Below, piece by piece: positions 63,410 to 64,000 of a DNA stretch of 64,000 nucleotides. The stretch lies in the NCBI GenBank assembly GCA_963789395.1, contig CAWBKP010000002.1, forward strand, positions 8,019-72,018, read 5' to 3'. Source of the DNA: an uncultured delta proteobacterium. GTDB taxonomy: Bacteria > Desulfobacterota > Desulfobacteria > Desulfobacterales > Desulfatirhabdiaceae. A program made the translations under genes and the position numbers. Position 1 is the first letter of the stretch. Each line of letters begins with the position of its first letter. Under the pieces are notes generated by a model, which did no database searches, was not told where the DNA came from, and saw only the letters and a program-made list of their open reading frames with translations.

Positions 63410-63688
63410 CGGTGACGACCTCCATGCCCATGCGAACCTCTGTCAAGCAGGCCCGGCGATCGGGCATTCCATCGATGGTCACCCGGCATTCCTGGCAGAC
63501 CCCCATGCCGCAAAAACCGCCCCTGACGGTTTTTGTCAGGCCTTCAACTGGATGCCGAAGCGCCAGGATGCCGTTTGCAATAGTACTGCAAAAAGCGTTT
63601 CACCGGCATAGGCTGTTACCTGTTTTCCGTTGACACGCAGGGTCAGTTGCTTCCCTCGACGGTGGGTCCTGATTCGCAGATCGCTCAT
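63399..63688 (-). CDS. [2Fe-2S] subunit (HcnA-like), frameshift ~63575
   Basis: AYAGETL..; FCGMGVCQECRVTIDG..RACLT in the shifted frame. Confidence 0.8.
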
Positions 63689-64000
63689 GCCGCACCTTTT
63701 TGAAAGCGCTCCAGGCAAAAAGCGTCCAGGGGAAATTGTGTCCGTCCCGTGGCGATCAAATCGGCGATGAGTTCGCCGGTGATGGCCAAAGCGCGATGCC
63801 GTCCCCCTCGTGTCCGGCCGCCATGATGAACCCTTCCAGCCCGGCCACCACCCAAAATCGGCAGGCCGTCCGGCGTGTAGGGCCGAAGCCCCCCGAAAGT
63901 GCGGATCACCGTTACGTGCACGGGCCGGAATCACGGAAGCGATGCGGCTTGCGATCATGCGGATGCCTTCGAATGTGTTGCGGCGGTCAAAGCCTGCAAA
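63685..64000 (-). CDS. 3' part of a DadA/HcnC/OoxB-like FAD-dependent oxidoreductase (truncated by the window edge, several frameshifts)
   Basis: GLRPYTPDGLPILG, AAGHEGDGI, ITGELIADLI across frames. Confidence 0.78.

Noticed and set aside
62003..64000. Hydrogen cyanide synthase assignment
   Set aside because: The family is shared with several amino-acid and opine dehydrogenases, the gene order differs from hcnABC, and the sequence alone cannot specify the substrate.

Overview
64-kb window from an anaerobic deltaproteobacterium (Desulfobacterota-like; inferred from gene content and protein style). 1-4.4 kb: Tat-exported group-1 [NiFe]-hydrogenase cluster. Its small subunit carries a C-terminal Ig-like module that is also present in the truncated upstream gene. 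4.7-9.2 kb: pncB, a YwbE-family gene and an NdvB-like GH17-GT2 glucan synthase. 9.6-40.6 kb: core translation/transcription supercluster (tRNA-Thr/Tyr/Gly/Thr, tuf, rpmG, tRNA-Trp, secE, nusG, rplKAJL, rpoBC, rpsLG, second tuf, S10, spc and alpha operons). It lacks fusA, adk and map, and RpoC contains a ~97-aa insertion resembling a parvulin (PpiC-type rotamase) domain. 40.9-54.8 kb: CoA-transferase, MFS transporter, TRAP transporter with tandem-duplicated dctM, and a 2-hydroxyacyl-CoA dehydratase-type catabolic cluster. 55-64 kb: mosaic accessory region with gene remnants, redox enzymes, an M20 amidohydrolase and an HcnABC/opine-oxidase-like operon. Several single-base frameshifts, including one in essential rplJ, point to uncorrected assembly indels. 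All family calls come from motif recognition; no database searches were run.
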